From: Candidatus Methylomirabilis oxygeniifera
GTDB lineage: Bacteria > Methylomirabilota > Methylomirabilia > Methylomirabilales > Methylomirabilaceae
Assembly: GCA_000091165.1 (NCBI GenBank)
Contig: FP565575.1
Span: 750,001-782,000, forward strand
Reading direction: 5' to 3'
Length of the DNA stretch: 32,000 bases
The first letter of the stretch is position 1. Each line of letters opens with the position of its first letter. The translations under genes were made by a program, and so were the position numbers. Below, piece after piece: positions 17,738 to 28,829 of the stretch. The notes under the pieces were generated by a model that saw only the letters and a list, made by a program, of their open reading frames with translations, searched no databases and had not been told where the DNA came from.

Positions 17738-17860
17738 ATGAAAGAGATCGTTACGGAAGAACCGAAGATGCCCTATACGAAACCGACCCTCACCAAGCAC
17801 AAGCCGCTGCGGGACATTACGGCCGGGGATGTCTCAGTGATCGGTGGGGTAAGGGTGTGA
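17738..17860 (+). CDS. Candidate RiPP precursor peptide (40 aa, lasso-leader-like): MKEIVTEEPKMPYTKPTLTKHKPLRDITAGDVSVIGGVRV
   Basis: Own translation, not in supplied ORF track; SD gaaggagga 8-10 nt upstream; YxxPxL motif (YTKPTL) and conserved Thr followed by Ala-Gly. Confidence 0.75.
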   Translation: MKEIVTEEPKMPYTKPTLTKHKPLRDITAGDVSVIGGVRV

Positions 17861-17906
17861 GGTAGACCGATCCTTAGCGACTTGTGACGGTAGTGCCGAT
17901 CGCAAG

Positions 17907-18926
17907 ATGAACCGCATGATCACACAGACGTTTAGTATCTACGGAATCGACGTTCAGGTAGATGCGGATATTCCGCTACTCGCCGCCGGGATTGATGGAT
18001 TGCTGCGGCGGTTTTCCCGACATCCTGCAACCGACAGTCGGCCGCTGCGGTTTGTCTATGAACGCAGCGGGAAGGTTGCGGACCCTCTTTCGCATAAAGC
18101 ATCCGACGGAGACGGATCACTGCTCTTCTCGACCTCCCGGGAGAATGCCTTTGATCTGGCCGGTCGGCTGGGCATCGACTGGGATGTCTATGCTCGGGAT
18201 GGCGGTTTCTTGCTGGACTATCATCGGCATGGCCGACTATGGCTGGACACCGCGGGCGGACGGCTTGAGGGGTCGCTGGCCGAGCCGCTGGATCTACACT
18301 ATGCGCTGCTTTCCAGCATCTTCTTCTTTTTTCCGTTCGCGCAGCTTCTGGCCCGGCGCGGACTCCACGTTGTGCATGCGGCCGCCATGGAGCGGAACGA
18401 GCGCGGGGTACTGATTCCCGGAATGAGTGGGAGTGGTAAGAGTACCTGCTGTGTCTCCCTGATGCGGGCAGGGTATCGCTGCCTCTCGGATGACAAGCCG
18501 TTTCTACGGCAGAACGGGAGCGGTGTCGAGTTGCTCCCGTTTCCCGAAATGATCGATGTGACTGATCAGTCTGTCGCCTTCTTTCCGGAGCTCAACAGAG
18601 CGGCATCAGACCTCGAGTCCGGCTACCGGAAGAAGCGGTTCTGTGCCGAGACGCTGTATCCGGGTTCCGTGGCTGACGCTGTCACGCCCAGCGTCATCCT
18701 ATTTCCGGAAATCAGTGGAGAGCCGACCAGTAGAGTCGAGGCGCTGTCAAAGGCGAAGGCGCTCCAAGCGCTTCTGCCGCACAGCCTGCTCTGTTTTGAC
18801 CGAGAGATCTCGGCGCGTCATTTTGACCTGCTCGCGCGCCTCGTCGAGACGACCGCCAGTTATCGTCTCTATTTCGGCCGTGACGTCCTGGATCTTCCTA
18901 CCCTAGTCGATCAGCTCCTCCAGTGA
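17907..18926 (+). CDS. HPr kinase-like / RiPP-cluster-associated kinase
   Basis: GVLIPGMSGSGKSTCCVSLMRAGYRCLSDDKPFLR (Walker A in HprK-like context), upstream LHVVHAAAM. Confidence 0.8.
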   Translation: MNRMITQTFSIYGIDVQVDADIPLLAAGIDGLLRRFSRHPATDSRPLRFVYERSGKVADPLSHKASDGDGSLLFSTSRENAFDLAGRLGIDWDVYARDGGFLLDYHRHGRLWLDTAGGRLEGSLAEPLDLHYALLSSIFFFFPFAQLLARRGLHVVHAAAMERNERGVLIPGMSGSGKSTCCVSLMRAGYRCLSDDKPFLRQNGSGVELLPFPEMIDVTDQSVAFFPELNRAASDLESGYRKKRFCAETLYPGSVADAVTPSVILFPEISGEPTSRVEALSKAKALQALLPHSLLCFDREISARHFDLLARLVETTASYRLYFGRDVLDLPTLVDQLLQ

Positions 18927-19000
18927 ACCGTATCCTACAGCAACACCTCGTCTCGTTCTAAGGTGTTGACACTACGGTGTCCGGCACGTAGTCTTAGGCT

Positions 19001-19852
19001 GTGATGAGCGTATCTGACGACCTGCCGCTGGTCTCGATCATTACCCCCTCTTTCAATCAGGGACAATTCATTCGTCGAACTATCGAGAGCGTCCTCTCCC
19101 AGGACTACCAGAAGCTGGAATACCTTGTGATGGATGGGGGTTCTACCGACGAAACCCTCGACATCCTGCGCAGCTATGGGAACCGGATCACGTGGAGATC
19201 CGGGCCGGACGGAGGACAGGCGGATGCCGTCAACGCCGGTGTTCGGCTGGCTCAGGGTGACATTCTCGGCTGGCTGAATTCCGACGACACCTATCAACCG
19301 GGCGCGGTGAGGGCCGCCGCGACCTATCTGGCGGCCCATCCGGCAACAGCGGTGATATATGGGGATGCGCACTACATCGATAAGCAGGACAGGGTAATCG
19401 GGATCTATCCTACCGAGGATTTCGACCGGGATCGACTGGCCAAGGCGTGCTTCATATGCCAGCCTGCCGCCTTCTTCCGACGGTCAGCCATCGAGACCGT
19501 GGGCGGGCTCGATACGCGCCTGCAGTACTGCATGGACTACGATCTGTGGATTCGGCTGGGGCGTCGATTTCCGATCGATCGAATCCCGTACGCGCTGGCC
19601 AACAGCCGCCAGTACCCTCAGACCAAGACCTGGGCTCAACGGGATCGACTGTTCGAAGAGCTGTGCGAAGTCACGCAGCGATCGTTCGGGTATACATCGC
19701 GCCATTGGCGGATGTGGCATGCCTACGCTCGCGTGAAAGGTGTCTCATGGCCGCTCGCTCGAACGGTGTTGTATCCGGTCAGGACAAGGCTGCCGCTATG
19801 GATCAATCGATTGATCTTCCGGGATATGCGCGCCGGGAAAAGACGAAGCTGA
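19001..19852 (+). CDS. Glycosyltransferase family 2
   Basis: PLVSIITPSFNQGQFIRRTIESVLSQDYQKLEYLVMDGGSTDET, GWLNSDD, YCMDYDLWIRLG. Confidence 0.92.
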   Translation: MMSVSDDLPLVSIITPSFNQGQFIRRTIESVLSQDYQKLEYLVMDGGSTDETLDILRSYGNRITWRSGPDGGQADAVNAGVRLAQGDILGWLNSDDTYQPGAVRAAATYLAAHPATAVIYGDAHYIDKQDRVIGIYPTEDFDRDRLAKACFICQPAAFFRRSAIETVGGLDTRLQYCMDYDLWIRLGRRFPIDRIPYALANSRQYPQTKTWAQRDRLFEELCEVTQRSFGYTSRHWRMWHAYARVKGVSWPLARTVLYPVRTRLPLWINRLIFRDMRAGKRRS

Positions 19853-19878
19853 AGCGCGCCAACTGTAGTAATCGACTA

Positions 19879-20673
19879 TCAGACAGTTGACGAAGCGCTG
19901 AACTTCCGGTACTCGGTCACGACGTCGTCGGCCGGGCCGGTGGCAGCGACCTGCCCGTGATGAATCCAAATGGCTTTCTGGCAGGTGTCCTGGATCAGTG
20001 TGAGGTCATGCGATACCAGAACAATGGTGACTCCTTTCGCCTTGAATGCTTCCATCCTTTCCTCACACTTTTTTTGGAAGGCGGCGTCCCCAACAGAGAA
20101 GAGTTCGTCGATCAGGAGTAAGTCCGGCTTGGCATCCGTCGCGATCGCGAATCCGAGCCGGGCAGACATCCCGACTGAATAGTTCATCAATGGCACATCG
20201 ATAAACTCCTCCAGCTCGGCGAACTTGACGATACGATCAAATCGCCGTTCAAGCTCTTTTTGTGAGAACCCCAGAAGCGATCCGTAGAGGAAGATGTTCT
20301 CTCGTCCGGTCAAAAACGAGTCAAACCCGGCGCCGAGCTCGATGAGGGGAGCGATTCGTCCTCGTACAACGACCCGCCCGACAGAGGGGGGAATGATGCC
20401 GGCGATCACCTTCAGAAGCGTACTCTTTCCCGCTCCGTTGGCTCCGATGATCCCGAGAATCTCCCCGGGATCTACAGAGAAGGACACCCCCCGTAGCGGC
20501 CAAAACTCGTCCCGTCCTTTTGTCTGACGCTTCAACAGCCGGATCGCGTGATCCCGTATTGATCTGATTCGCTCCCGGTGCAGCAGCAAACGGATGGAGA
20601 GATCTTCAATCTCAAGAACTGGTGGCCGTCCAAGGTGAGCTGGAGGAGCCGAGAGGCGTGGAACGTCAAGCAT
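19879..20673 (-). CDS. ABC transporter ATP-binding protein, polysaccharide exporter (Wzt-like)
   Basis: GIIGANGAGKST, YSVGMSARLGFAIA signature, LLLIDELFSVGD, VSHD; likely start ATG complement at 20673. Confidence 0.93.
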   Translation of the reverse strand: MLDVPRLSAPPAHLGRPPVLEIEDLSIRLLLHRERIRSIRDHAIRLLKRQTKGRDEFWPLRGVSFSVDPGEILGIIGANGAGKSTLLKVIAGIIPPSVGRVVVRGRIAPLIELGAGFDSFLTGRENIFLYGSLLGFSQKELERRFDRIVKFAELEEFIDVPLMNYSVGMSARLGFAIATDAKPDLLLIDELFSVGDAAFQKKCEERMEAFKAKGVTIVLVSHDLTLIQDTCQKAIWIHHGQVAATGPADDVVTEYRKFSASSTV

Positions 20674-20720
20674 GGTCGGGCGCGTGAACAAGTCGAGAGA
20701 TGTGGCCCGGTTGCCGGCCG

Positions 20721-21548
20721 CTAGACATAGTGGATGAACCGGGACTCGAATCGGTGAAAGACCATCCACCCGATGGCGAGGGTGACCAGGGAGAGGGCGA
20801 GCCCGAAGATCATCATTCCGATGGGGGGCGCCGCGCCCAGGTAGACAGGAGCTCGAAGGGATTCCAGAAGCGCATACATGGGATTCATATACAGGAGAAA
20901 CTTGAACTTCTCCGGGATGATCTCGGGCGGATAGAAGATCGGGGTGGCATAAAACCAGGCCAACAGACCGGCCTCATAGAAATACTTGACGTCCCGGAAG
21001 AAGACATTGAAGGTTCCAACAAGTAAGGCGATGCCCAAGGCGAAACAGGTCAGACTGACGAGTGGGATCGGCAGCCAGAGCAGATGCAGGCTGAAACCCG
21101 CGCCGACTGCGGCCATCAGGAGAAAAAGCGGGACTAATGTGAAGACAAAATTGACGACCTGTGAGACAACAGTCGCAATCGGGAAGATCGCTTTCGGAAC
21201 AAAGACCTTTCGGATGATGGGACCGTTGAGAACGACGCTGTCCAAACCCCGTGAGGTGCCTAACGAGAAGAGGTTCCACCCCAGCAGAGCGGTGAACACA
21301 TACAGCGAGTAATTCGGACGGCTACTGAAAATCCTGGAGAAGACCATCGTAAAGATAACCATAGCCAGGAGAGGATTCAACACAGTCCAGGCGAATCCAA
21401 GCGCCGACCGCTTATAGCGAAGCTTGACCTCACGGATGACAAGCTGACGCAACAGCTCCCGATACCGGAGGAGCGTCAAAAATGGCCCGGTGGATCGGTG
21501 ATCTGCGATGTACAGTCCGGGCTGAGGCGCACGTCTTTCATGACTCAT
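20721..21548 (-). CDS. ABC-2 type transporter permease, polysaccharide exporter (Wzm-like)
   Basis: REVKLRYKRSALGFAWTVLNPLLAMVIFTMVFSRIF; adjacent to the Wzt-like gene. Confidence 0.92.
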   Translation of the reverse strand: MSHERRAPQPGLYIADHRSTGPFLTLLRYRELLRQLVIREVKLRYKRSALGFAWTVLNPLLAMVIFTMVFSRIFSSRPNYSLYVFTALLGWNLFSLGTSRGLDSVVLNGPIIRKVFVPKAIFPIATVVSQVVNFVFTLVPLFLLMAAVGAGFSLHLLWLPIPLVSLTCFALGIALLVGTFNVFFRDVKYFYEAGLLAWFYATPIFYPPEIIPEKFKFLLYMNPMYALLESLRAPVYLGAAPPIGMMIFGLALSLVTLAIGWMVFHRFESRFIHYV

Positions 21549-21743
21549 TGCACGTCCGATATTGTCCTCCGGCATCGAGAGGCGGGTGATGTTCCTGATG
21601 TAGCGAATGTTAGACCAGCCCCGGCGACACTGTCAAGCGCATTACACCGGGATCTATGACTCAAGTCGATTGAGCCGCCTGGTGAGGAGGGTCTGAGCAG
21701 GTCTGTTCGCAGCCGCAAAAATATTCGCTTGGCGGTGATCTAA

Positions 21744-22826
<1,083 letters not shown>

Positions 22827-22952
22827 GGAGTTGTAACGCCTCATCGCCAAGGGCCGCCTGCAGATGCAGTAAGCATCTCCAACAGAGTGGTTAAATAGAT
22901 CAGTGCGCGCACAATGTTAGGGATATTAATTCACTAAGAAGATGAGGATCAC

Positions 22953-23477
22953 ATGGATGAAGCATTCAAGAAGGATCGCCAGACGGTGACACCGGAAGGG
23001 AAATCCGTTCTCCCGCTGATCCATGATGTGCGTATTCGCTCTGCTGTGACACACCCCGATGAACGCGGAACTATTTGCGAAATTTATAATTCGGCCTGGG
23101 ACTTCTCGGAGGCGCCTGTGGTATACGTGTACCAGGTGACCGTACGTCCGCAACGGATCAAGGGCTGGGTCGTCCATTACCAGCAGGATGATCGAGTGTT
23201 CGTCAGCCAGGGAGTTCTGAAGATCGTCATGTACGACCCTCGCAAGGAATCGCCCACGCACGGCATGCTGAATGAACTGTGTATCAGCGAGCACAATCGA
23301 GGGTTGTTATTTATCCCCCGCGGGGTCTACCATGCGCTACAAAATGTTGGGACCACTGACGCGTTGTTCATCAACATGCCGACACGCGCATACAACCACG
23401 CCGACCCGGATAAGTATCGCCTCCCGCTGAACAACGATCTGATCCCGTATCGTTTTGACGATCGGTTAGGCTGGTAG
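22953..23477 (+). CDS. RmlC-like cupin / dTDP-4-dehydrorhamnose 3,5-epimerase-related protein
   Basis: HPDERGTICEIYN, IKGWVVHYQQDDRVFVSQGVLKIVMYDPR, FIPRGVYHALQNVG. Confidence 0.85.
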   Translation: MDEAFKKDRQTVTPEGKSVLPLIHDVRIRSAVTHPDERGTICEIYNSAWDFSEAPVVYVYQVTVRPQRIKGWVVHYQQDDRVFVSQGVLKIVMYDPRKESPTHGMLNELCISEHNRGLLFIPRGVYHALQNVGTTDALFINMPTRAYNHADPDKYRLPLNNDLIPYRFDDRLGW

Positions 23478-23489
23478 CGCAACTGTTCG

Positions 23490-24335
23490 ATGAATTCATC
23501 CTCGCCCGTGGTTAGCGTCATCACTGCTACGTACAATTGGAGCAGTGTCCTGTGCTACGCCATTCAGAGCGTCTTGTGGCAAACCTGCCAGGACCTCGAG
23601 ATGCTGATCATCGGCGATGGGTGCACCGATGATTCCGAAGAGGTTGTTGCATCGTTCCGCGATCCCCGTCTGCGGTGGCACAACCTCCCGCATAATTCTG
23701 GTAGCCAATCTACCCCAAACAACGTCGGTCTGGGGCTGGCGCGCGGCAGATACGTTGCATATCTCGGACACGATGATGTGTGGTATCCCACCCACCTGGA
23801 CATGCTCACAAAGGCAGCGCAGGAGACGGATGCAGACCTGGCCTATTCCTTAGCGGTCATGATCGGACCTCCCGGCAGCGGGGTGCGCGTGTTAACGGGA
23901 CTGTCCGGTTCAGGCCGCTATGAACGGGGTATGGGCCTTCCACCCTCGTCGGTTCTCCACACACGCGAACTGGTCGATCGGATCGGCGGCTGGAAGGACT
24001 ACCGGACCCTACGCCTACCGCCGGACCGTGAGTTCATCCTTCGTGCCTACGATCACGGGGTCCGCTTCACCGCCGTTCATGCCCTCACCGCGTTCAAATT
24101 CAACTCGGCATGGCGTCGCAACTCATACCAGGACAAGCCGTCGCATGAGCAGGCCGAATATGTCCGCCGTATTCGGGAGGATAAGAACTTCCTGGCCGAT
24201 GAGTTACTGGAGATTGCAGCCGCCTATGCCCTTAATCGGCCTCGTTCGCCGATTGCGGTCCTACCACGGAGCATAGTCAACCTGATGCCCCCCGGCTGGC
24301 AGGTGAACCGGTGGCGTCGGATCCGCGGACTGTAA
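23490..24335 (+). CDS. Glycosyltransferase family 2
   Basis: PVVSVITATYNWSSVLCYAIQSVLWQTCQDLEMLIIGDGCTDDSEEV, YVAYLGHDD. Confidence 0.9.
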   Translation: MNSSSPVVSVITATYNWSSVLCYAIQSVLWQTCQDLEMLIIGDGCTDDSEEVVASFRDPRLRWHNLPHNSGSQSTPNNVGLGLARGRYVAYLGHDDVWYPTHLDMLTKAAQETDADLAYSLAVMIGPPGSGVRVLTGLSGSGRYERGMGLPPSSVLHTRELVDRIGGWKDYRTLRLPPDREFILRAYDHGVRFTAVHALTAFKFNSAWRRNSYQDKPSHEQAEYVRRIREDKNFLADELLEIAAAYALNRPRSPIAVLPRSIVNLMPPGWQVNRWRRIRGL

Positions 24336-24679
24336 GAATAGGCTGGATGCTCCATTCCGTTATTGTTTCTGCGCTAGCGTCCTGTTCCGCAAGCTATCAT
24401 CCAAGGCTCAGGAGTGTCATGCTATCTATTTCTATATGGTGTATGGGTAAGAAATAGCCTAACCAGGATTCGTAACTTTGAATTCAGCGTGGATATGGTC
24501 AGCAGCAACGAAATCGCTCAGAAACCATAAATAATGGGGAGGTTGTACTTGACACGCTCTCCTGCTTTTAAGACAATATCGGCATTGTTTTTGCTTGTGG
24601 GAACGGCTTATTGTGAATCTGATACCATGAGACTGAGCCTGAACGTCCATTCCGATAAGTTCAACCGTAGAATGACTGA

Positions 24680-25657
<978 letters not shown>

Positions 25658-25791
25658 AGTCGCTCTCGGGAAGACGTGCCTTGCGTATTGGCGTAATTAC
25701 CCTGCCGCCCTTCCCCGGACGGTGAAGGAGAAACCGGCGATGGAGGGAATGACGATATCACTCAGTACGGTAGCCGAGAGGGTTCGTCGCA

Positions 25792-26214
25792 ATGATTCAT
25801 AAGGCGTTGCTCCCCCAAGATGTTGAGGAGCGGCTACGCTCCCTTGGCCCGGCGCTACAACAATGCTCTGGTGTCCTCTTCGCCTACCTGTTTGGCGGGG
25901 CGACGGTTTTACCTCTCAAGCCCCTGAGTGACGTGGACGTAGCCGTCTATCTGGATGAATCGGTCGATCCGGTCGAGGGGCGGTTGGAGGCCGTGGGAGT
26001 TGTTGCCGCTCACTTAGGAACCGACGAGGTAGATCTGGTGGTCCTCAATACCGCGCAAACAGCCCTCACGGGGCGGATTCTCCAGACCCGACGGGTCATC
26101 GTCGATCGCGATCCGTTCCGCCGCCACCGCTTCGAGTCCCTCGCCCTCCGGGAATTCTTCGACTTTCGTCTATTTGAGCATCGCCTCCTCACGAGGAGAT
26201 ATGGGAGTGGTTGA
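25792..26214 (+). CDS. MNT-domain nucleotidyltransferase (antitoxin-like, HEPN/MNT pair)
   Basis: YLFGGATVLPLKPLSDVDVAVYLDE (GGx10DxD) and DLVVLNTA. Confidence 0.85.
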   Translation: MIHKALLPQDVEERLRSLGPALQQCSGVLFAYLFGGATVLPLKPLSDVDVAVYLDESVDPVEGRLEAVGVVAAHLGTDEVDLVVLNTAQTALTGRILQTRRVIVDRDPFRRHRFESLALREFFDFRLFEHRLLTRRYGSG

Positions 26215-26619
26215 CAGGGACCTCCTCCTCCGCAAGCTGGCGGATCTCGATCAGTCCCTGAGCCAGGTGACAGAGTCCGGAATATCACTCTTGACCAGTA
26301 TCGAGGGGACTGGAAGATCCAGCGGATTGTCGAGCGGACCCTGCAGATGGCGATCGAGGTGTGCGTGGATATCGCCAACCACATCATCGCCGATCGAGGG
26401 CTTCGGGTTCCGGCAACGTATGCCGAGACCTTTGAAGTCCTTGGCGAGGCCGGGCTCTTGGATACCGCACAGCGAGAGGCCATGATTCGCATGTGCAAGT
26501 TCCGTAATGTGATCATCCACGACTATACGCGGGTAGACCCCACGATTGTCGTGCAGATCCTGCGTGAGCATCTCGAAGATTTCCCCCGGTTCAAGGCAGC
26601 CGCATTGAAGTGGATATAG
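26201..26619 (+). pseudogene. HepT-like HEPN-domain protein, frameshifted near 26275-26281
   Basis: MGVVDRDLLLRKLADLDQSLSQVTE in one frame; NITLDQYRGDWKIQRIVERTLQMAIEVCVDIANHIIADRG...RNVIIHDY in the next. 419 nt total, one base short of a 140-codon frame. Confidence 0.75.
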
Positions 26620-26700
26620 TTCCTTTTACCTAAATGGGGAGTGAGAGCGGATGCAGGACCGACCGTTCATAGAACATTTGTGTCGAGAGGAGATTTGTCC

Positions 26701-26943
26701 TCTATGAGACGAGCGCCTCGTGAAGAGGGCGCCAGATGGCTGCAACAGGCCGTCGAGGATCTGCGGTGGGCCGAGGATCTGGCAGAGCGCGGTGGGTCAT
26801 ATCGCCTGCTTCCTGGCCCAGCAGATCGGCGAAAAGGCCCTCAAGGCGTTCCTTATGGCTATTACATCCCTACCCGATACCCGAACAGCATACCCGACAG
26901 CATTCCGGCCCATATCTTCACTCGAGATGCCGCGGGGGAATGA
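26701..26943 (+). pseudogene. Second degraded HEPN-domain remnant
   Basis: MRRAPREEGARWLQQAVEDLRWAEDLAERGG, then HIACFLAQQIGEKALKAFL continues in a different frame. Confidence 0.6.
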
Positions 26944-27094
26944 ACCCTCAGTGGATGCAACCCCACAGAGATGCTCATGACAACCTCATCAAGCCGCACG
27001 GTGGCCTCCATATACGAGATCGTGTGGGATTGAATCGTTGTCGGCCCATAGCGAGAGGAAAGCGGATATGATGTGTGGGGAAGAGGTAACATTA

Positions 27095-27856
27095 GTGAGT
27101 GGGCGTACCGGTCTCCTCATTGGGCATCCTGGACATGAACTCCGAATTTACGGGTGGGTGGAGAGGACAAAGCCACTGGTTCTCGTCATCACGGACGGAT
27201 CCGGTGGGGCCAAGGCAGATCGGACGGAGTCAAGTCGCGCCCTGCTGGAGAAAACCGGGGCCAAAGTCGGACCGATCTTCGGGCGGCTTTCCGATAAGGA
27301 GGCATATAGCGCCATTCTTCGGAAAGATGTGGGGTTGTTCACAGGCCTTGCGGAGGAGGCAGCCGACATCTATGATCGTGCGGGAGTCACTGTGGTGGTA
27401 AGCGATGCGGCGGAAGGATTCAACCCGGTCCACGATCTGTGTCGGCTTATGGCTGATGCGGCGGTACGGCTTATGGAGGGGCGACGGCAGGCTAGGGTTC
27501 CAGTGTATGAATTCGATCTGGTCACCCCTCAATGGGAGACTCAGGCATGTGATGCAGAGATCAGAATCAATCTCACAGAAGCTGAGTTTTGCAGAAAACT
27601 TGAGGCCGCTCAGCGATACAAGGAGCTGCGCGGGGAGATCAAACGGGTACTGGAGAATACCGCTGCGGATGCCTTTCGAGAAGAGATCTTCAGGCCTGGC
27701 GGTCGCCGGCTGGGGCCTCCGGGTAAGCCGTTCTATGAGAGCTTTGGCGAGTGTCGTATTGCCGAGGGACTGTATGATCAGGTCATCAGGCGTGACATTC
27801 ACTTAAAGCCAATTGCCGAGGCTCTGACAGGATTAGGACGGCCGGCGAGAGGGTAG
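27095..27856 (+). CDS. Uncharacterised PIG-L-like protein of polysaccharide loci
   Basis: LLIGHPGHELRIYGWVERTKPLVLVITDGSGG and VVSDAAEGFNPVHDLCR; start codon uncertain (27038, 27068 or GTG 27095). Confidence 0.55.
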   Translation: MSGRTGLLIGHPGHELRIYGWVERTKPLVLVITDGSGGAKADRTESSRALLEKTGAKVGPIFGRLSDKEAYSAILRKDVGLFTGLAEEAADIYDRAGVTVVVSDAAEGFNPVHDLCRLMADAAVRLMEGRRQARVPVYEFDLVTPQWETQACDAEIRINLTEAEFCRKLEAAQRYKELRGEIKRVLENTAADAFREEIFRPGGRRLGPPGKPFYESFGECRIAEGLYDQVIRRDIHLKPIAEALTGLGRPARG

Positions 27857-27890
27857 CTGGTGGAAGCAGCGGCGATCCGTCTGTGCGAAC

Positions 27891-28829
27891 TTGTCCGCGG
27901 GTGTTTTGATAGTGTGCGCTGATCAATTTTACGAATCCGCCATTCCAGTCACCGAGCCCGCCAGCCGACCAATGCCGATCATCGTTGGCGCGCCGCGTTC
28001 CGGAACGACGCTGTTACGCCTGATGCTCGATGCCCATACGGACCTTGCCATCCCGCCGGAAACAGGTTTTCTGGCGACCGATCAGACGTTCCTGCACCGC
28101 CTCTCTCGGCAGGAGTTCGCCGACTTCATCGAACAGTTTCCACCAGGCGTTCCCGGTTGGCAGGATTTCTGCATCCCGTTCCCCGTGTGGCGCGAAGCGC
28201 TCGAAGCCATCGAACCCTTTTCGCCCGTGAACGCCTTCAGGACTTTTTATCGGCTGTACGCGGCCCGTTTTTCGAAAATGCGCTGGGGGGACAAGACGCC
28301 CAGCTACGTATTTTGCATGAGGCAGATCAAGGAGATGCTTCCGAAATCCCGTTTTATCCACTTGATTCGCGATGGGAGGGACGTTGCGCTGTCGTGGCGA
28401 AAGACCTGGTTCGCTCCCGGGCAGGACATGAAAACGCTGGCAAGCCACTGGAAGCAGTCGGTGTCGGCAGGTCTGGACAGCCGGAAGGACGGGAGCCATT
28501 ATCTTGAGATCCGTTACGAGGAACTGATTCAAGATACGGTGTCGGTGCTGCAACGCATTTGTGATTACATTTCGCTCGATTGGCAGCCGGCAATGCTGAA
28601 CTACTTCGCGAATAGCCCGGCGCGCCTGGCGGAGCATGCGGAGCGGCGGCGTGACGATGGTACGGTGCTTGTCAGCAGAGAACAACGACTTGAACAACAA
28701 CGCCTGACGACACGCCCGCCGATCTCGGAGCGCGTACTGGCCTGGCGCGTCACGCTCACACCGTCTGAGCGCGAGGAGTTTGCGAGTGTTGCGGGCGATC
28801 TGCTGGATACTTTGGGATACGAACCATGA
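27891..28829 (+). CDS. Sulfotransferase family protein
   Basis: PIIVGAPRSGTTLLRLMLDAH (5'-PSB) and RFIHLIRDGRDVALSW (3'-PB); start possibly ATG 27972. Confidence 0.9.
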   Translation: MSAGVLIVCADQFYESAIPVTEPASRPMPIIVGAPRSGTTLLRLMLDAHTDLAIPPETGFLATDQTFLHRLSRQEFADFIEQFPPGVPGWQDFCIPFPVWREALEAIEPFSPVNAFRTFYRLYAARFSKMRWGDKTPSYVFCMRQIKEMLPKSRFIHLIRDGRDVALSWRKTWFAPGQDMKTLASHWKQSVSAGLDSRKDGSHYLEIRYEELIQDTVSVLQRICDYISLDWQPAMLNYFANSPARLAEHAERRRDDGTVLVSREQRLEQQRLTTRPPISERVLAWRVTLTPSEREEFASVAGDLLDTLGYEP

